Positions 17,501 to 27,348 of a stretch of 64,000 nt of DNA are shown piece by piece; the stretch's first letter is position 1, and each line of letters starts with the position of its first letter. The translations under genes were made by a program, and so were the position numbers. The DNA is from an uncultured Clostridia bacterium (GTDB taxonomy: Bacteria > Bacillota > Clostridia > UMGS1883). Below the pieces are notes generated by a model, which saw only the letters and a program-made list of their open reading frames with translations, searched no databases and was not told the DNA's origin. Location: contig CANRCD010000002.1 in NCBI GenBank assembly GCA_947629005.1, positions 136,875 through 200,874 on the forward strand. Direction: 5' to 3'.

Positions 17501-18220
17501 ACCGAGGACGCCGAAATCTATTACACCACCGACCCGAACGGTAAGCCCGATATTCTCTATACAGATCCCGTACTTGTTACCGACCGCTACGGCGTAAAGG
17601 TCAAGTCCTCCAAGGAGGGTATGTTCGACAGCGTGGTTGTGCTTTACAATGCGAACGACCTTGAAATATCGGAGCGGCCCACCGCTAACATTGAGAATGG
17701 ATTTGCGGGAGACGGGCTTGAAATTGAGCTGAGCGGCGGCAAATATGTCAACCCCAATACCAATAAAACGGAGGAGTACACAATATTCTATACCACCGAC
17801 GGCTCCGAGCCCACGCTTGACAGCGAGGTTTATACCGGCCCCATCACCATTACGGGAGAAACCACCGTCAAGGCCGCGGCGGCGGGCGTCGGCCATGTGC
17901 TCAGCCCCACGGCGGTGTTCCATTACTCTGCCGAGGAGCCCACGGCGGTTATCACGCCTCATCTCTCCCGCGAGGCTGGGTTTGTTTCCGGCACGGTTGA
18001 GGTTGACGCCTCCGGCATGGCCGCGGCGGACGGAAAGGCCTATATCGCGCTGTATTCCGGCGACGAAATGCTTAAGGCCATAAGCTGCGACTTCGCCGAG
18101 AATATGACCTTCGGCGATATTGACGTTAAGGCCGACGGCGGCTTGATTATCAAGCTGTTTGTCCTCGACGAAAATCTTACGCCTCAGTGCCGCGCCGAAA
18201 TAACGGTCGCGAATATATAA
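14588..18220 (+). CDS. Large secreted/surface protein built from at least 8 chitobiase/beta-hexosaminidase C-terminal-like (CHB_HEX_C) domains
   Basis: TTG start with signal peptide MKILKRGLSAIVALIMILVSLPALSA. Repeated units …(E/A)IYYT(T/L)DG(S/T)(E/D)P(S/T)…Y.GPI.L….T.(V/I)KA…. Confidence 0.8.
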   Translation: MKILKRGLSAIVALIMILVSLPALSAGGVSTMATVANPTFSFAHRRTEAGVDEVEITITGPAGAEIYYTIQDSKADGTPSAPSNPTNKSNKYEAPFRHSGNTGFTIKAVAYVSGSASKVSTAQKPAYLATLSSSIVKDKDGKVIAKDIHVNLDAYKSLKGYKNIALRYTLDGTKPTKNSPILPTTTPYLRVSTTKMLSVSAVCDNYNVCSEPHTSKIQSDEWPEIAPKLRFTGRAIYGGWEVSIALNPDEDESGNIPEYEGVVINYATRTSASYADTDIYSVNTNVYTGPVTLTTKGRNYLGAYASGENYAPGFKATASVDVGECSKPTITVGNASNGRKKVTLTTSETKSGNYSPEIYYTIDGTNPTPTGGIRYEGEFYIGENCTVRAIVARKGSISSSVASQQITASGGTVMVEDLAVDIARVDAVNGTRSIYLSTKMPNAQIYYDYKQFSENDDATAEALKMDVGKNRLYDGPIVLDANKVGKEKYYAVCAVAYFNDMHGVVRRATTTIDEIQLSDYLETLPSGVRTVTFKPVSGADIYCVVNSGTTSGTKNIPIDEEHRYIYPLTIAQPSTVSTVVRDSAGNKSEVVSFGVNITDPSAKPEALPPVTVNYVSGGLTLDCADASADIFYILDNSADTKATPTMERYARGSTISAADKAYIHAAAMRPGYETSYVTQPAVSSNITPTPTITVIGPTNNEYAVSFTGSGSGAVYYYTTDGSEPSESSLSGSFATGLRRGQVVKAMAVVAGKTPSDVAAKIIGEETGVCGDVSITSEGSYGGIEVKLSTITQGAYIYYTTDGSEPSPKNGSLYNGSGVLLNRGGEITLKAIATFPGFENSGVSSKSFKLTKLQKVVIGKTGNILELKRANGEVDGVSFFYTLDGSDPDEHSQVCADGGQITLDNSVTRNVTIKIITVKKSEIYDDDGNVIEGYAPSDISERIFQVGPSPERPHKDKTEFVLGGELVYFSCPTEDAEIYYTTDPNGKPDILYTDPVLVTDRYGVKVKSSKEGMFDSVVVLYNANDLEISERPTANIENGFAGDGLEIELSGGKYVNPNTNKTEEYTIFYTTDGSEPTLDSEVYTGPITITGETTVKAAAAGVGHVLSPTAVFHYSAEEPTAVITPHLSREAGFVSGTVEVDASGMAAADGKAYIALYSGDEMLKAISCDFAENMTFGDIDVKADGGLIIKLFVLDENLTPQCRAEITVANI

Positions 18221-18231
18221 CAAAAAACGAA

Positions 18232-18257
18232 AGAGCCGCCCTCGGGCGGCTCTTTTC
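18232..18257. terminator. Bidirectional terminator between the 14588 gene and feoA
   Basis: AGAGCCGCCC-tc-GGGCGGCTCT flanked by AAAAAACGAA and TTTTC. Confidence 0.65.
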
Positions 18258-18486
18258 ATAAATTTACTTTTATTGTGTCCGTGTCCTCGCGGCGCAGGGC
18301 AATAACCGCCCCGCGTATGAGATAGGCGCGGGGATTCCCCAGTATGCTTTCAAACAGGGGCTCAACCTCGGTTCCTTCCACAAGCCCCAAGTCCAGCAGC
18401 CTTTGCCGCATAGAGCCGGAGCCTCCGGCCGCCGAGACTACGGCCCGCTCCCCGACAGGCACGGAGCTTAAGCTCACTTCGGCCAT
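18256..18486 (-). CDS. feoA: FeoA-domain protein (ferrous iron transport protein A-like), orphan with no feoB in the window
   Basis: MAEVSLSSVPVGERAVVSAAGGSGSMRQRLLDLGLVEGTEVE…, 76 aa. ATG at 18486 with GAGGTG upstream. The track ORF 18256..18555 starts earlier at an alternative codon. Confidence 0.7.
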   Translation of the reverse strand: MAEVSLSSVPVGERAVVSAAGGSGSMRQRLLDLGLVEGTEVEPLFESILGNPRAYLIRGAVIALRREDTDTIKVNL

Positions 18487-18529
18487 AATCACACCTCTGC
18501 GGCATAATATGACCCGAGCTGCCAAAATG

Positions 18530-19627
18530 CTACACGTTAAAGCGGAACAGCACAACGTCGCCGTCTTTCATAACGTAATCCTTGCCCTCGCTGCGGACAA
18601 GACCCTTTTCCCTCGCTGCGGCCATCGAGCCCGAGGCGATAAGGTCGTCGTAGGCGACTACCTCGGCGCGGATAAAGCCGCGCTCAAAGTCGGTGTGTAT
18701 TTTGCCGGCGGCCTGCGGAGCCTTGGTGCCGTTGGTTATCGTCCACGCGCGCACCTCCGGCGCGCCTGCCGTCAGGTAGCTTATCAGTCCCAGTAGCTTA
18801 TAGCACTTTTTCACAAGACGGTCGAGGCCCGACTCGTTCAGCCCCATTTCTTCGAGAAACATCAGCTTTTCGTCGCCTTCGAGACCGCTTATCTCCTCCT
18901 CTATGCGGGCCGAGATGGGCAGCACCTCGGCGCCCTCGGCGGCGGCTATTTTCTCCACCTGTTTCACAAAGGGATTGTTCTCGATACCGTCCGCGAAGTC
19001 GCCCTCGGCCACGTTCGCGGCGTAGAGCACGGGCTTCATCGTAAGCAGCGATAGCTCGCGCACTATAGCGGCCTCGTCCTCGTTCGTTTCCACGCTTCGG
19101 GCGGGCTTGCCGTCCTCCAGTGCGGCCTTAATGCGCTTCCACAGCTCCAGCTCGGCGGCGTATTTTTTGTCGCCGCTTTTCATGGCCTTCGCCACGCGGT
19201 CAATTCGTTTGTCAACGCTTTCAAGGTCGGCGAAGATAAGCTCCAGCTCTATGGTTTCGATGTCGCGGGCGGGGTCTATGCCGCCGTCCACGTGGACGAT
19301 GTTCGCGTCCTCGAAGCAGCGCACCACATGGACGATGGCGTCCACCTCGCGTATGTGCGAAAGGAACTTGTTGCCAAGGCCCTCGCCGCGGCTCGCGCCC
19401 TTCACAAGGCCGGCTATGTCCACAAATTCCACAATGGCGGGGGTTATTTTTTCGGGGGAGTACATCTCGGCCAGCTTGTTCAGCCGCTCGTCGGGAACGG
19501 CCACCACGCCGACGTTCGGCTCGATGGTGCAAAAGGGGTAATTCGCGCTTTCGGCCCCGGCCTGCGTTATCGCGTTGAACAGCGTGCTTTTGCCCACGTT
19601 CGGCAGGCCCACTATGCCCAATTTCAT
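18530..19627 (-). CDS. ychF: Redox-regulated ribosome-binding ATPase YchF
   Basis: [19 protein letters not shown]…, 365 aa with the TGS domain at the C-terminus. Confidence 0.92.
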   Translation of the reverse strand: MKLGIVGLPNVGKSTLFNAITQAGAESANYPFCTIEPNVGVVAVPDERLNKLAEMYSPEKITPAIVEFVDIAGLVKGASRGEGLGNKFLSHIREVDAIVHVVRCFEDANIVHVDGGIDPARDIETIELELIFADLESVDKRIDRVAKAMKSGDKKYAAELELWKRIKAALEDGKPARSVETNEDEAAIVRELSLLTMKPVLYAANVAEGDFADGIENNPFVKQVEKIAAAEGAEVLPISARIEEEISGLEGDEKLMFLEEMGLNESGLDRLVKKCYKLLGLISYLTAGAPEVRAWTITNGTKAPQAAGKIHTDFERGFIRAEVVAYDDLIASGSMAAAREKGLVRSEGKDYVMKDGDVVLFRFNV

Positions 19628-19747
19628 TTTATATCATTCTCCTTTGTTCTCTATTTGCTTCATTCTATAAGTATAACATAACGGCGCGGTTTTTTCAATA
19701 GTTTTGGAAATTAAATTGCCCGCGCGGGATATTTTTTCAAAAAAGGC

Positions 19748-19777
19748 TTGCAATGGGTGCGCGAGCTGTGGTATAAT
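19748..19777 (+). promoter_or_regulatory. Sigma-A promoter TTGCAA-18-TATAAT for the leucine-rich-repeat surface protein gene
   Basis: -35 at 19748-19753 and -10 at 19772-19777. A GC-rich imperfect hairpin (about 19818-19840) lies in the 5'UTR before AAGGAGG. Confidence 0.5.
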
Positions 19778-19865
19778 AAATGTGCGGTACACATTTTATG
19801 GGATAAATTGAACGTATGGCGCGGCGACCCCGGCGCGCCGAATAATACATAAGGAGGAAGAACAT

Positions 19866-22800
19866 ATGAACAAACTCAGAAAACTGCTGGCAGCGCTGGT
19901 GTGCGCGGCAATGACGCTGGCCGTCGCGCCGTGCCTGACCGTCGGCGCGGCGGACGCGGTCCCCTACGGACTGGAGTACGATGTGTGTGACGATCATGTT
20001 GAAATTGCCTACTACTCCGGCTACGCCGAGGAACTCACAATTCCCGCAAAAATCGAGGGTTTGCCCGTAACGGTAATTTTAGACTATGCGTTTTATAACT
20101 GCGACAGCCTCACAAGCGTAACAATACCCGAGGGCGTGACGAGCATTGGCGAGTTTGCGTTTGCTGAGTGCGACAGCCTCCCAAGCATAACAATCCCCGC
20201 AAGCGTGACGGGCATTGGCAGGTGGTCGTTTAACCGCTGCTTCAGATTTACAGAATTTATTGTGAACAGCAATAATTCAACCTACAGTGCTAAAGACGGG
20301 GTTCTTTTTGATAAGGAAGTTAAAACGTTAATTCAATACCCGAAGGGTAAAACGAGCAAAACATATACAATACCTTCCGGCGTGACGAGCATCGGTGATG
20401 GCGCGTTTTTCGACTGCGAAAACCTCACAAGCGTAACGATTCCCAAGGGAGTAACGAGCATCGGCGAAGAAGCGTTTAGCTTCTGCTACTATCTTGCGAG
20501 CGTAACAACAATACCCGCAAGCGTGACGAGCATTGGCAAAGATGCGTTTTACTACTGCAGCAGCCTGAAAGAATTTGTCGTGGATAGCAAAAATTCAAGC
20601 TACTGTGCTAAAGACGGGGTTCTTTTTGATAAAGAAGTTAAAACATTGATTCAATACCCAATCGGAAATGATAGAGAAACATATAAAATACCCTCCGGTG
20701 TGACGAGCATCGGCGAAAGCGCATTTGAAGAATGTTACAGCCTCACAAGCGTAACGATCCCTAAGGGTGTAACGAGCATTGGCGACAGAGCATTTGGCAA
20801 CTGCTACTATCTTGCGAGCGTAACAATCCCCGCAAGCGTGATGAGCATTGGCGAGTATGCGTTTTCCTGCTGCGAAAACCTCACAAGCGTAACAATCCCT
20901 AAGAGTGTGACGAGCATCGGAGAGAGCGCGTTTTCTAACTGCGGCCTTACAAGCATAACAATCACCGAAGGCGTTACGAGCATTGGCGAAAGCGCGTTTG
21001 CGAACTGCTTTGACCTGACGCAATTTGTCGTGGATAGCAATAATTTAAACTACTGTGCTAAGGACGGAGTTCTTTTTGATAAGGACGCCGACACATTAAT
21101 TCAATACCCGGCCGGGAATATGAAAGATACATATACAATACCCTCCGGCGTGACGAGCATCGGCGGTGGCGCATTTTCCGGCTGCGACAGCCTCACAAGC
21201 GTAACAATCCCCGAGGGCGTAATGAGCATCGGAGAGAGCGCATTCATCAGCTGCGGTCTTACAAGCGTAACGATTCCCGAGGGCGTAACGAGCATTGGCG
21301 ACAGAACATTTAACTACTGCTTCTATCTTGCGAGCGTAACAATCCCCGCAAGCGTGACGAGCATTGGCTGGTGCGCGTTTGACGGCTGCAACAGCTTGAC
21401 CGACGTATATTACGGCGGCAGCGAGAGCCGGTGGGAAAATATATCAATAGACGCAAGTAACGAGCCTTTGACTAACGCCAACATCCAATTCGGCGGCAAC
21501 GACCCTGAGGAGTTTATCCCCGAGGGGCTGAAGTATGAACTGTATGACGGTTCTTTTACAATTACCGGCTACACCGGCTCCGCGTCGGAGCTTGTTATTC
21601 CGTCTATGATCGACGGCAAACCCGTAACGACCATAGGAAGCAACGCGTTTATGGACTGCACAAGTCTTAAAAGCGTGATTATCCCCGACAGCGTGACGGA
21701 GATTTATGCGGAGGCGTTTATGAACTGCACGGGCCTTACGAGCATTAAAATCCCCGCCGGCGTGATGTATATTTACTGGGGACCGTTTGAAGGCTGCGAT
21801 AACCTCGCGAGTATAGAGGTCGATGCGGATAATGATTATTACGCAAGTCTGGACGGAGTATTATTCGATAAGGGAATAACGCATCTTACGGCGTATCCCG
21901 ACAGAATGGCAAATACGAGCTACCGCATTCCCGACGGCGTTACAAGCATAGGCATTATGGCATTTTCCGGCTGCCCGGTCCTTACAAGCCTGATAATTCC
22001 CGCAAGCGTGACGTCCGTTGCCCCTGTTTCGTTTGGCGGCCTTACCGACATATACTACGGCGGAACGGCAGAGCAGTGGCAGGAAATATCGGTTGAATTC
22101 CCCGATGATGTCAACGTTCACTGTAACAGCGCCGGGCCGGAGGAGCCTATCCCCGAGGGATTGGAGTATAGCGTGGGCGATGACGGCGTTACAATTACCG
22201 ACTACACCGGCTCGGCGGCGGAGCTGAATATTCCCTCCGTAATCGAGGGCAAGTTGGTGAAGTATATCGGCGTAGCTGCGTTTTACGACTGCACGAGCCT
22301 TGTAAGCGTGAATATACCCGACAGCGTGACCGCTATCGGCGACGGCGCGTTTTCCACCTGCACTAATCTGCGGAGCCTGAAATTAGGCAGCGGAGTGACG
22401 AGCTTTGGCGACTACGTATTCGACAGCGCCGACAGCCTCGCGAGCATCGACGTCGCCCCGGGGAACCCCGCGTATACCGGCAATAACGGAGTTCTGTTCA
22501 ACAAGGAAATGACGAGCTTGGTTCAGTACCCCAGGGGGAACGCGAGAACAAGCTACGTTATACCGGATAGCGTGACAAGCATTTCGGGGCGCTCGATGCT
22601 GTGGTGTCCAAATCTCAAAAGCATATATATCCCCGCAAGCGTGACGAGAATCGGCTGGCAAGCTCTCCAGTATTGCGAGAGCCTTACGGACGTATACTAC
22701 GGCGGAAGCAGAAGCCAATGGGGAGATATATTTATAGATGATTTTAACGACTCGCTCACAGACGCCGCACTCCACTGTGACAGCGACGTGCCGGAGCCTG

Positions 22801-23060
22801 AAATACAGAAGCCGGAGGTCGGCAAGGAGGACGACGGCGGCCTTAACGTCGCCGTGGAGGTAGACAACATTCCCGCCTCGGCGGAGCTGGTGGCCGTGGC
22901 CCTCGGCGCGGACGGAACCGTGGTTGACAGCGCGGCCGTGAAGGGCGGCGAGGCCGACCTCGACGGCGAAAACGTCAAGACCGTGAAGGTTTTCTGCTGG
23001 GAAAGCCTTAAGAGCATGAAGCCCCTCTGCCCGCCAAAGGAGATAGCGGTAGCGCAGTAA
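19866..23060 (+). CDS. Secreted BspA-type leucine-rich repeat (LRR_5) surface protein
   Basis: Signal peptide, then dozens of roughly 23-aa repeats LTSVTIP.GVTSIG..AF..C. The C-terminus carries Ig-like/possible anchoring segments. Confidence 0.85.
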   Translation: MNKLRKLLAALVCAAMTLAVAPCLTVGAADAVPYGLEYDVCDDHVEIAYYSGYAEELTIPAKIEGLPVTVILDYAFYNCDSLTSVTIPEGVTSIGEFAFAECDSLPSITIPASVTGIGRWSFNRCFRFTEFIVNSNNSTYSAKDGVLFDKEVKTLIQYPKGKTSKTYTIPSGVTSIGDGAFFDCENLTSVTIPKGVTSIGEEAFSFCYYLASVTTIPASVTSIGKDAFYYCSSLKEFVVDSKNSSYCAKDGVLFDKEVKTLIQYPIGNDRETYKIPSGVTSIGESAFEECYSLTSVTIPKGVTSIGDRAFGNCYYLASVTIPASVMSIGEYAFSCCENLTSVTIPKSVTSIGESAFSNCGLTSITITEGVTSIGESAFANCFDLTQFVVDSNNLNYCAKDGVLFDKDADTLIQYPAGNMKDTYTIPSGVTSIGGGAFSGCDSLTSVTIPEGVMSIGESAFISCGLTSVTIPEGVTSIGDRTFNYCFYLASVTIPASVTSIGWCAFDGCNSLTDVYYGGSESRWENISIDASNEPLTNANIQFGGNDPEEFIPEGLKYELYDGSFTITGYTGSASELVIPSMIDGKPVTTIGSNAFMDCTSLKSVIIPDSVTEIYAEAFMNCTGLTSIKIPAGVMYIYWGPFEGCDNLASIEVDADNDYYASLDGVLFDKGITHLTAYPDRMANTSYRIPDGVTSIGIMAFSGCPVLTSLIIPASVTSVAPVSFGGLTDIYYGGTAEQWQEISVEFPDDVNVHCNSAGPEEPIPEGLEYSVGDDGVTITDYTGSAAELNIPSVIEGKLVKYIGVAAFYDCTSLVSVNIPDSVTAIGDGAFSTCTNLRSLKLGSGVTSFGDYVFDSADSLASIDVAPGNPAYTGNNGVLFNKEMTSLVQYPRGNARTSYVIPDSVTSISGRSMLWCPNLKSIYIPASVTRIGWQALQYCESLTDVYYGGSRSQWGDIFIDDFNDSLTDAALHCDSDVPEPEIQKPEVGKEDDGGLNVAVEVDNIPASAELVAVALGADGTVVDSAAVKGGEADLDGENVKTVKVFCWESLKSMKPLCPPKEIAVAQ

Positions 23061-23244
23061 AGCGCAAAAATAAGAGGGTATGGTACCCCTTTAACATAAC
23101 GTCCCCGACGCGGCGGGCCTCGGCCCGCACCCTCACGCGCCGGGGGCGTTTTGCGCTTCTATGCAAAATTAAACATTTGTTTACAAATAAAACAAAAGAT
23201 TTAAATAAAATTCTGTTAATTTAATTATATATCATAAAAATTGG

Positions 23245-23273
23245 TTTACACGGGGCTTTTTTTATGATATACT
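23245..23273 (+). promoter_or_regulatory. Sigma-A promoter TTTACA-17-TATACT for the response-regulator/kinase/htrA operon
   Basis: Spacing is exact. AT-rich UP-like region upstream. Confidence 0.45.
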
Positions 23274-23312
23274 ATTTTAAAAAGGATAAAATTTACAAAG
23301 GGGAGATAAGGC

Positions 23313-24014
23313 TTGAAAAAGGCGCAGAAGATAATGATAGTAGACGACGACGCCAATATATGCGAGCTCGTGCGGCTATACCTCAAAAAGGAGGGCTTCG
23401 ATACCTTGGTCTGCCCCAACGGCGAAAAGGCGCTCGAAGTGTTTGAAAAGGAAAAGCCCGACCTCGCCATACTTGACATAATGATGCCGAAAATTGACGG
23501 AATGACGGTCTGCCGCGAAATCAGGCGAACAAGCAATATGCCGATAATCATGCTGACGGCTAAAGGCGAAACCTTTGACAAGGTGCTGGGGCTGGAGCTT
23601 GGGGCGGACGATTACATGGTGAAGCCATTTGAGGGAAAGGAGCTCGTGGCAAGGGTAAAGGCCGTGCTTCGCCGCAGCGACGCCAAGGGCGACGACGCCG
23701 AGGAAAAAATAATCGAATACCCCGGCATATCCATAAATCTTTCCAATTACGAACTGACGCTGGGCGGCAAAACCTACGACATACCGCCAAAGGAGCTTGA
23801 GCTTCTTTATTTCCTCGCCAGCCACCCCAACAGGGTGTTCACCCGCGAACAGCTTTTGGAGGACGTTTGGGGCTTCGACTATTACGGCGATTCCCGCACG
23901 GTGGACGTTCACGTCAAGCGTCTGCGCGAAAAGCTGGAGGGCTACGACGAAAACTGGAGCCTCAAAACCGTTTGGGGCGTCGGCTATAAGTTCGAGGTGA
24001 AGTCAGTTGGGTAA
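23313..24014 (+). CDS. OmpR-family response regulator (CssR-like)
   Basis: Receiver motifs DDD…D…K plus winged-helix C-terminus. TTG start after GGGGAG; alternative ATG at 23334. Confidence 0.88.
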   Translation: MKKAQKIMIVDDDANICELVRLYLKKEGFDTLVCPNGEKALEVFEKEKPDLAILDIMMPKIDGMTVCREIRRTSNMPIIMLTAKGETFDKVLGLELGADDYMVKPFEGKELVARVKAVLRRSDAKGDDAEEKIIEYPGISINLSNYELTLGGKTYDIPPKELELLYFLASHPNRVFTREQLLEDVWGFDYYGDSRTVDVHVKRLREKLEGYDENWSLKTVWGVGYKFEVKSVG

Positions 24015-25455
24015 AACGCTGTTCGCGAAAATATTTTCGGTAACAGTGCTGATAATTTTCGTTTCGACGGCGCTGACCTCGGCGCTGATGTTCACGCAGC
24101 TCGGCAACTACCTTATGGAAAGCCAGAACGGCGAGATAGCCGAAATGGCCGAGCACATAGCCGAAATGACCGGCCACATAATGTACGACGAGGACGAGAC
24201 CACACGATGGCTTTTCAACCAGTATCTAAGCAACCAGAGCCGAAATGAGAGCTGCTCCATAATGATACTTGACACACGCGGGCAGGTTGTGCTTTCGGCG
24301 GGCAGCCACGGATATGAAACCGAAAACGGCACGGCAAAGATTGACGAGCGTTATATCGAACGCGCCCTCTCCGGCGAAAGCGTGCGCGAGGTTGTGACTC
24401 AGAAAAAGCGCGGCGGCTATATAACCGACTCGATTATTGCGCTTGAGCCTGTATCAGTGGAGCAGGGGGGCGACGACGCCGTCTGGGGCGCAGTAGCCGT
24501 GTGCAAGGCCATGCCTCAGGTGCGGGAGGGCCGCAACGCCCTTATGCGGATGTTTATAGCCTCTCAGGGGGCGGCGGTGCTTTTGGCGTTTTTGCTGTCG
24601 TACATCGTGGCGAAGCGCATTTCCCGCCCAATATCCAAGCTAAATGCCGCCGCTAAGGCCGTGGCGGCTGGCGATTTTACCAAAAAGGTTAGCGCCGAGC
24701 CCTACGGCGAGCTGGGCGAGCTTATCGCCAGCTTTAACTACATGACCGATGCTTTGAAGGAAATCGACGATTCCCGCAGCAGCTTCGTCAGCAATGTGTC
24801 GCACGAACTGCGCACTCCGATGACTATAATCAGCGGTTTTGTGGAGGGCATTCTCGACGGCACCATAGCCGAGGAGGACCGCGTTAAATACCTTAACATC
24901 GTCCTCAGCGAAACTCAGCGGCTGAGCCGTCTCGTCAGCGACCTGCTGGAGACCAGCCGCCTTGAAAGCGGCAAGGCCAAGCTTGTGATGAAGCCCTTCG
25001 ACATAAACGAGCTGCTGCGCAAGGGGATAATCAGCTACGAGCAGGCTATCACCGATAAAAAAATTGACGTGGAGGCCGAATTCATGTACGACCAGATTTA
25101 CGTGAACGGAGCCGAGGACTCGATATACCGCGTCATAATGAACCTGCTCGACAACGCAGTGAAGTTTACGCCCGAGGGAGGCGTCATCCGCATAAAGAGC
25201 GCGCTGCGCGGACAGAAGGCCGAAATTTCGGTTGAGAATACCGGCGAGGGCATAAGCGAAAAGGATATCGCCCGTATATGGGAACGCTTCTACAAGACAG
25301 ACAAAAGCCGCGGCATGGACAAGAACGGCGTGGGGCTGGGACTTTACTTGGTAAAGACTATCATCAACCAGCACGGCAACCGTATATGGGCCGAAAGCCG
25401 CGAGGGCGAATACACACGCTTTACCTTTACGCTGGATAAGGTCAGCGTAAAATGA
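24007..25455 (+). CDS. Sensor histidine kinase (CssS-like; 2 transmembrane helices, HAMP, HisKA, HATPase_c)
   Basis: H-box VSHELRTPMT, and N, G1, G2 boxes. Overlaps the response-regulator stop codon. Confidence 0.88.
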   Translation: MGKTLFAKIFSVTVLIIFVSTALTSALMFTQLGNYLMESQNGEIAEMAEHIAEMTGHIMYDEDETTRWLFNQYLSNQSRNESCSIMILDTRGQVVLSAGSHGYETENGTAKIDERYIERALSGESVREVVTQKKRGGYITDSIIALEPVSVEQGGDDAVWGAVAVCKAMPQVREGRNALMRMFIASQGAAVLLAFLLSYIVAKRISRPISKLNAAAKAVAAGDFTKKVSAEPYGELGELIASFNYMTDALKEIDDSRSSFVSNVSHELRTPMTIISGFVEGILDGTIAEEDRVKYLNIVLSETQRLSRLVSDLLETSRLESGKAKLVMKPFDINELLRKGIISYEQAITDKKIDVEAEFMYDQIYVNGAEDSIYRVIMNLLDNAVKFTPEGGVIRIKSALRGQKAEISVENTGEGISEKDIARIWERFYKTDKSRGMDKNGVGLGLYLVKTIINQHGNRIWAESREGEYTRFTFTLDKVSVK

Positions 25456-25552
25456 TATATAATACTTTTTAATCAAAGTTTAAAATCATGTTCATACAGG
25501 CTTAATAAATAAGCTTTATAATTATCGTCGTAGAAAGGAAAGGATGATATTT

Positions 25553-26818
25553 ATGACAGATTACAACGAGTTCAACTGGAATGAGGAGGAAAGCCGTCCG
25601 GCGGAGCCGCAGACCAGAACGGTCTACACCGAAAGCGTGCTCCGGCCCAAGAGCCCTAAAAAGAGCGGCCGAGGCAAGCTTATTGCGGGCGTTATCTGCG
25701 GCGCTCTGGCCGGAAGCCTTATATCCACTACGGCGGTAATGGGTATTTCGGCCATGTTCCCGCGCAGCGATAGGGTGACTATATATGAAACCGGAGGCCA
25801 CGGCTCAAAGAACGAAACCGAGGGCACGCCCGTCAGCACTGTGACGGCGGAGCCTTTGACCGAGGAGCTTTCCACCGAGGAGATAGCCAAAACGGTCGGA
25901 CCGGCCGTTGTGGGCATAAGCTGCCCCGTCAGTATGCAGACATTTTTCGGCGTTCAGCAGGGAGTTTCCAGCGGCAGCGGCATTGTTATCAGCGACCAAG
26001 GGCACATCGTTACCAATTACCACGTTATTGAAAGCGCAAACAGCATAACCGTTCGCTTCAACACAGGCGACGAGGTTCAGGCCACCCTTGTGGGCGGCGA
26101 CCAGCAGGCCGACATTGCGGTGCTCAAAATTGAGCCTATCGACACTATGAAGGTGGCTGTTCTTGGCGACAGCGACGCTGTTGAAGTGGGCGAAAGGGCC
26201 GTGGCAATCGGCAATCCCTTGGCCGATGAGCTTTTCGGTACAGTTACTCAGGGCATAATAAGCGGCAAGAACAGAACCGTCAAGGTGGATAACCGCGAAA
26301 TGACGCTGCTTCAGACTGACGCGGCGATAAATCCCGGCAACAGCGGCGGCGCGCTAATCAATAAATACGGCGAGGTAATCGGTATCAACAGCGTAAAGGT
26401 GACGGCCAATTCCAACGGCACCAGCAGCGAGGGCCTTGGTTTTGCAATTCCCATCAACGAGGCTAAGCAGATAGTCAACGATATTATCACATACGGCTAT
26501 GTTCGGGGCCGTCCGCTTATCGGTATCACCGTTCAGGCTGTAAGCAAGCAGATAGCTTACTATAATAACCTGCCAGTTGATCATGGCCTGTACGTAATGG
26601 GCGTGACGGAAGGCGGCGCGGCGGCTGAGGCAGGCATACAGCGCGGCGACATAATCCTCACGGCCGACGGTCAGGACGTTACAACTCAGACTGAGCTTAA
26701 CGCCATACGTGACAAGCACGCCGCCGGCGAGACCATAGAGCTTGGTATTGACCGCAACGGCGAGCGTATGTCGGTGAGTGTTACTCTTGGAGAGGACAGC
26801 TCCGCCAAGATGAACTGA
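25553..26818 (+). CDS. htrA: HtrA/DegP-family trypsin-like serine protease with transmembrane anchor and PDZ domain
   Basis: Catalytic triad context …HVIE…D…GNSGGAL…, with a PDZ domain at the C-terminus. ATG at 25553 has better spacing to AGGAAAGGA than the track start at 25544. Confidence 0.88.
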   Translation: MTDYNEFNWNEEESRPAEPQTRTVYTESVLRPKSPKKSGRGKLIAGVICGALAGSLISTTAVMGISAMFPRSDRVTIYETGGHGSKNETEGTPVSTVTAEPLTEELSTEEIAKTVGPAVVGISCPVSMQTFFGVQQGVSSGSGIVISDQGHIVTNYHVIESANSITVRFNTGDEVQATLVGGDQQADIAVLKIEPIDTMKVAVLGDSDAVEVGERAVAIGNPLADELFGTVTQGIISGKNRTVKVDNREMTLLQTDAAINPGNSGGALINKYGEVIGINSVKVTANSNGTSSEGLGFAIPINEAKQIVNDIITYGYVRGRPLIGITVQAVSKQIAYYNNLPVDHGLYVMGVTEGGAAAEAGIQRGDIILTADGQDVTTQTELNAIRDKHAAGETIELGIDRNGERMSVSVTLGEDSSAKMN

Positions 26819-26930
26819 TCATATAACGAAGGAACCGTAAAAAAGTCGCGCAGACCGTTCAAGGGCTGAAAGTCTTGGAATTCATGTATTGAGGAATCAA
26901 ATCATAAATTAAACAAATAAATTAATATTG

Positions 26931-26968
26931 AAAATCCGCCGTTTCTTATTAAAACGGCGGATTTTTTC
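26931..26968. terminator. Bidirectional rho-independent terminator after htrA
   Basis: AAAATCCGCCGTTT-cttatt-AAAACGGCGGATTTTTTC. Confidence 0.7.
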
Positions 26969-26998
26969 AATTATATGCCCTTGAACTACAAACGAAAA

Positions 26999-27112
26999 TC
27001 ACCCTCGGCGGCGTCGGGGCAAAGCCCGTCTTTGCTTTGACGTTTTTTCTTACGAAAAAATGTCGTCGCTAGAGGGCTTGCCCCTCCTTTTTCGCAAAAG
27101 GTCACGCCGCGT
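26999..27112. repeat. Third copy of the roughly 100-bp structured intergenic repeat (see 7048-7265)
   Basis: GCAAAGCCCGTCTTTGCTTTGACGTTTTTTCTTACGAAAAAATGTCGTCGCTAGAGGGCTTGCCCCTCCTTTTT aligns with copy B with only a few substitutions. Confidence 0.6.
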
Positions 27113-27348
27113 TTCGGCTATTCGGGCGGATAAACCGCCCTCATCACACCTTCACTTGCTACCAACCTTTTGCGAGCGGGAGTTCTTTGTTTATGTGGGG
27201 CGTTGCGCAGCCTGCGCGAGCTGATAACGGGGCCCCGCAAAGACGGCGGAGCCTACTCCGACGCCGTCCGTTTTGCACGATTTTTTTGGACGGCCCCGTG
27301 CCTCCATTACAGAGCAAGCTTTTTACAGCCTCTTTTGCGTCTTTTATT

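Noticed and set aside
18256-18486. Orphan feoA as a sign of a disrupted feo operon
   Set aside because: Stand-alone FeoA-domain genes are common in Clostridia. There are no fragments of feoB nearby.
25456-25552. Possible internal promoter for htrA (TATATAAT right after the kinase stop)
   Set aside because: There is no acceptable -35 at 16-18 nt. It cannot be distinguished from AT-rich spacer, and the operon promoter at 23245 suffices.
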